A DNA stretch of 64,000 nucleotides from Selenomonadaceae bacterium (GTDB lineage Bacteria > Bacillota > Negativicutes > Selenomonadales > Selenomonadaceae). Positions 61,189 to 64,000 of this stretch are shown piece by piece. The position numbers and the translations under genes were made by a program. How positions within the stretch are numbered: the stretch's first letter is position 1; each line of letters starts with the position of its first letter. The DNA is taken from assembly GCA_051653465.1 (NCBI GenBank), contig JBOFWE010000068.1, positions 20,007 through 84,006 of the forward strand, given 5' to 3'. The notes beneath the pieces are model-generated. The model saw nothing but the letters and a program-made list of their open reading frames with translations, was not told the DNA's origin and made no database searches.

Positions 61189-62022
61189 TTAAACAACGGT
61201 CAGGCGAAGTCTGGCCGTCAGTTCTTCTGGTTGCAGGCAAAACAGGTTGTCCAGAAGATGTATTTTAAACGATCCCGGCCCGGCGGCTTTCGCAGCGGCA
61301 AGTTCTCCGCTTATTGCCATCAATGACAAAGCGGAGATCGCCGCGATCAACGGGGCGCCCCCAGCAAGAAATGCGCCGGCCAGAGCATTGATCATACAGC
61401 CGGTGCCGGTGATTGCCGACAACATTTCACAGCCGTTAGCCAGCAGGTATATATTCTGGCCGTCGCTTATAATATCCGTCTTCCCGGTAACGGCGATGAT
61501 GGATCCGGTCCTTTGCGATAAATTTTTTAAAAATGAAAAAACTTCGACGGCGTTTTGGTCAGTAAGCATATCCGACGGGCTGGCATCAATTCCTTCGGCG
61601 GAAGTACTCAGCCCGCCAAAGGCCTTTAATTCTGAAATATTTCCCTTGACAATAGCTGGTTTGCAGGTTGCGATGAATTCTCTGGCAAAAGCAAGGCGGA
61701 GCGTGCTGCAGGCAACGCCGACCAGGTCAATTGTGATCGGAAGCCCTTTTTGCTGCGCGACTTTGCCGGCTATGTTCATTGCCTGCATTCGGGTTTCACT
61801 GATATTTCCAAGGTTGAGGACCAGAGCCTTAGCCGCTGTTGTGATATCGGCAACTTCCGCTGGATGCTCGGCCATAATGGGTTTAGCCCCGACGGTCAGA
61901 ATCACATTAGCGCAATCGTTTATTGATATATGGTTTGTCAGGCAATGAATCAAAGGGGTGTGGTTTTTTACCTGGTGGCGAACAGCTGCTATTTTATCGG
62001 TGAAGGTGGTTTTATTTATCAT
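61189..62022 (-). CDS. thiM: Hydroxyethylthiazole kinase
   Basis: PLIHCLTNHISINDCANVILTVGAKPIMA signature. TPP-riboswitch operon. Confidence 0.9.
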   Translation of the reverse strand: MINKTTFTDKIAAVRHQVKNHTPLIHCLTNHISINDCANVILTVGAKPIMAEHPAEVADITTAAKALVLNLGNISETRMQAMNIAGKVAQQKGLPITIDLVGVACSTLRLAFAREFIATCKPAIVKGNISELKAFGGLSTSAEGIDASPSDMLTDQNAVEVFSFLKNLSQRTGSIIAVTGKTDIISDGQNIYLLANGCEMLSAITGTGCMINALAGAFLAGGAPLIAAISALSLMAISGELAAAKAAGPGSFKIHLLDNLFCLQPEELTARLRLTVV

Positions 62023-62536
62023 ATGTTTTTGCTCCCAGCTTTTTTTGAATGGCGGATAGATTTCCTGATTTTTTCAGTGACAGGAGGAAAAAATAGGCGA
62101 TGGTTCCGCCGATGAGGGTGCCGGAGATGAACAATGGCACATAAAAAAACCAGGTCAGGTTTGTTTTTCCGTATAACAGTGTCATTACGGGATAAGAGAC
62201 AATTGCGCCAATAATGCCGGTGCCGATGATTTCGCCAAGCACTCCAAAGAGAAGCTTTCCCCGGGAAAGGCGGTACAGCATTCCGGACAAGACGGCTCCG
62301 AACACAGCCCCGGTCAGGGCAAGCGGTGGAATCCCCATTAGGACCATGCGAATGATGCCAATCAGGCTGGCGCAGAGCAGGGCATACCAGGGACCGAGCA
62401 GAACGGCGCAGACAATATTAATGAAATGCGCCATCGGGCACATGCCTTCAATGCGCAGCAGGGGAGAGATCACAACTCCTAAAGCGACGAGCATCGATAA
62501 GGTCGCCAGTCGCAATACATCGGTTTTTTTCTTCAT
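62012..62536 (-). CDS. thiW: Thiamine-precursor ECF transporter S component ThiW
   Basis: About 175-aa, 5-6 TM protein directly behind a TPP riboswitch and upstream of thiM. ATG 62536 after GAGGTG (ORF opens at 62545). Confidence 0.8.
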   Translation of the reverse strand: MKKKTDVLRLATLSMLVALGVVISPLLRIEGMCPMAHFINIVCAVLLGPWYALLCASLIGIIRMVLMGIPPLALTGAVFGAVLSGMLYRLSRGKLLFGVLGEIIGTGIIGAIVSYPVMTLLYGKTNLTWFFYVPLFISGTLIGGTIAYFFLLSLKKSGNLSAIQKKLGAKTYDK

Positions 62537-62593
62537 AGATAACACCTCGCGATATTTAATTTGCTGAGCGAGCTGGTATAGCAGTTTTGGATA

Positions 62594-62623
62594 ATAAAAA
62601 AGGATATGCCGGCGGCATACCCC
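62594..62623 (-). terminator. Riboswitch expression-platform terminator
   Basis: Minus sense: gggtatgccgccggcatatcc followed by TTTTTT. Confidence 0.65.
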
Positions 62624-62656
62624 TGTAAATTTACAGTAATAATACTATAAACATAA

Positions 62657-62736
62657 TTCCTACGGTGGCATTATCCACATCAGGTATATGGGTCAAAGTT
62701 CGGTTACTTTTTCTCAGCCTGCTATACAAGCTCCCC
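62657..62736 (-). promoter_or_regulatory. TPP (THI-box) riboswitch
   Basis: Minus sense: ggggagc...gctgagaaa...acccatatacctgatgtggataatgccaccgtaggaa. A TGgTACAAT promoter lies upstream. Confidence 0.9.
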
Positions 62737-62934
62737 GCAATATGAAACTTTCCATATTGTACCACAGCTGTTAGGAAACTGCAAATACCTATGTGGCCGG
62801 CAGACTGCGCGTAAAAGCAGGAGTTTGGGCGCAGAATAGGGAAGTTATAGCTTGTGAAAGTAAATCAGATTATGCGACCTGGCAAATGCGTGAAGCAGTT
62901 TTTCGGCCAGGAAGGTGAAGTGAAGGTGAACATA

Positions 62935-64000
62935 ATGAAGGAAACACATTTGCGACAGGATCGGCAGACCGTCAAGGTGGGGCTGATCAAAGTTGTGCAG
63001 GATTTATTTCCGGGAGAACATTTAAAAACGGCATACTCAATCAATGAAGGTGTATTTTGCAAATTGGCTGGATCGGCTTTGTCAACGCGTGAAGTCGGGC
63101 AGATCAGCTTAAAGCTTCAGGAATGGGTGGAACAGAATAATCCTATAGAATTTGTAAAAAAAGATAATGGTTACTATCGATATAAGATCGGGGGAAGTTT
63201 CGTCAATGTGCTATACCCGGCCAATACATATTCATCGATGGTGGAACCGTTTAAAATAATCCCTTATGGCGCTGGATTTATTGTTGATTTTGGTGATTTG
63301 GCACAAAACGGGCCAGCACCCATCATTCCACCGGATAAGCTATCATTAACCTATGACAAAACGCAGCGCTGGCTGAAAAATATCAATATTGAACTTGTTG
63401 CGGATGTGAATGCTTACGTCGATGACGGCAAGGGTCTGGAGATTGTCTGCATGGCTGAGGCTTTGCAGGAAAAGGAATTGTCTGATATTGCTGATATGAT
63501 TTTGGCACAGCATCGTTCCCTGCGGGTACTTTTAATATCGGGGCCGTCTTCCTCCGGGAAAACTTCTTTTGCCCAGCGCATATCGACGCAGCTGCGCGTC
63601 AACGGTTTGCGGCCGGTGCCGCTCTCTCTCGATGATTACTTCGTCAATCGGACAGAAACTCCGCTCGATGAAAATGGGAAATACGATTTTGAGAGCCTTG
63701 AGGCCATTGATCTTGCCTTGCTACAGCGACAGATTTTACAGCTGATTAATGGCGAAAGAGTAGAAACTCCTATTTTTGATTTTTTATCGGGCAATCGGTC
63801 CCAGCAGACGCGTCCGCTGCAGATTGGCCCCTCTGAGATTCTTGTCATTGAAGGGCTCCATGCGTTGAATCCGAATCTGCTGCCGCATATAAATCGCGGT
63901 ACATTCTTTAAGATTTATATAAATGCTTTGTTTGAATTAAATGCGGATTATATGAACCGTATCCCGACCAGCGAAGTTCGTCTGATTCGTCGGCTTGTTC
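62935..64000 (+). CDS. Uridine/nucleoside kinase-like P-loop protein with N-terminal TGS-like extension; 3' end is outside the window
   Basis: I translated this frame by hand; it is open to the window end. P-loop LLISGPSSSGKTSFAQRI, DDYF, IEGLHALNP. Start is ATG 62935 or ATG 62872. Confidence 0.7.
   Translation, partial: MKETHLRQDRQTVKVGLIKVVQDLFPGEHLKTAYSINEGVFCKLAGSALSTREVGQISLKLQEWVEQNNPIEFVKKDNGYYRYKIGGSFVNVLYPANTYSSMVEPFKIIPYGAGFIVDFGDLAQNGPAPIIPPDKLSLTYDKTQRWLKNINIELVADVNAYVDDGKGLEIVCMAEALQEKELSDIADMILAQHRSLRVLLISGPSSSGKTSFAQRISTQLRVNGLRPVPLSLDDYFVNRTETPLDENGKYDFESLEAIDLALLQRQILQLINGERVETPIFDFLSGNRSQQTRPLQIGPSEILVIEGLHALNPNLLPHINRGTFFKIYINALFELNADYMNRIPTSEVRLIRRLV

Overview
Chromosomal segment of a Firmicutes-type anaerobe; gene content and leader RNAs look Clostridia/Negativicutes-like. 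All product calls come from motif reading only, with no database search. It is mostly ordinary housekeeping, sensory and transport genes. Recognisable blocks, in order: (1) P-type ATPase 3' end, Cache-GGDEF cyclase, beta-carbonic anhydrase, LDH-family dehydrogenase. (2) Tyr T-box leader plus tyrS. (3) A GntR-controlled GalNAc/GalN-type catabolic operon: agaS, mannose-family PTS IIB/IIC/IID/IIA, nagA, class II tagatose-bisphosphate aldolase, PfkB kinase. (4) A classical family-1 encapsulin operon (encapsulated ferritin plus shell) behind a Fur/PerR-like box. (5) gpmA and an H-NOX-fused chemoreceptor. (6) A cobalamin riboswitch unusually placed ahead of a second chemoreceptor. (7) csp, a DUF134/NifX-like pair, and a Lon-like protease. 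(8) A TetR-linked cluster of three CofH/MqnC/MqnE-type radical-SAM paralogues plus an MTAP-family phosphorylase. (9) A c-di-GMP module: Cache-GAF-GGDEF-EAL, Usp, HD-GYP. (10) tRNA-Val followed by a short AT-rich islet. (11) An orphan GHKL-ATPase gene. (12) A TPP riboswitch with thiW-thiM. The most unusual signal is a roughly 165-180 nt minus-strand RNA element present three times, near 34.3, 53.6 and 60.6 kb. Each copy has its own TGnTATAAT-type extended -10 promoter, and three helices are preserved by compensatory changes, two of them interleaved like a pseudoknot. Two copies are followed by a hairpin and a gene, like riboswitch leaders; the third ends at a strong terminator with no gene. I cannot match it to any riboswitch or sRNA class I know.
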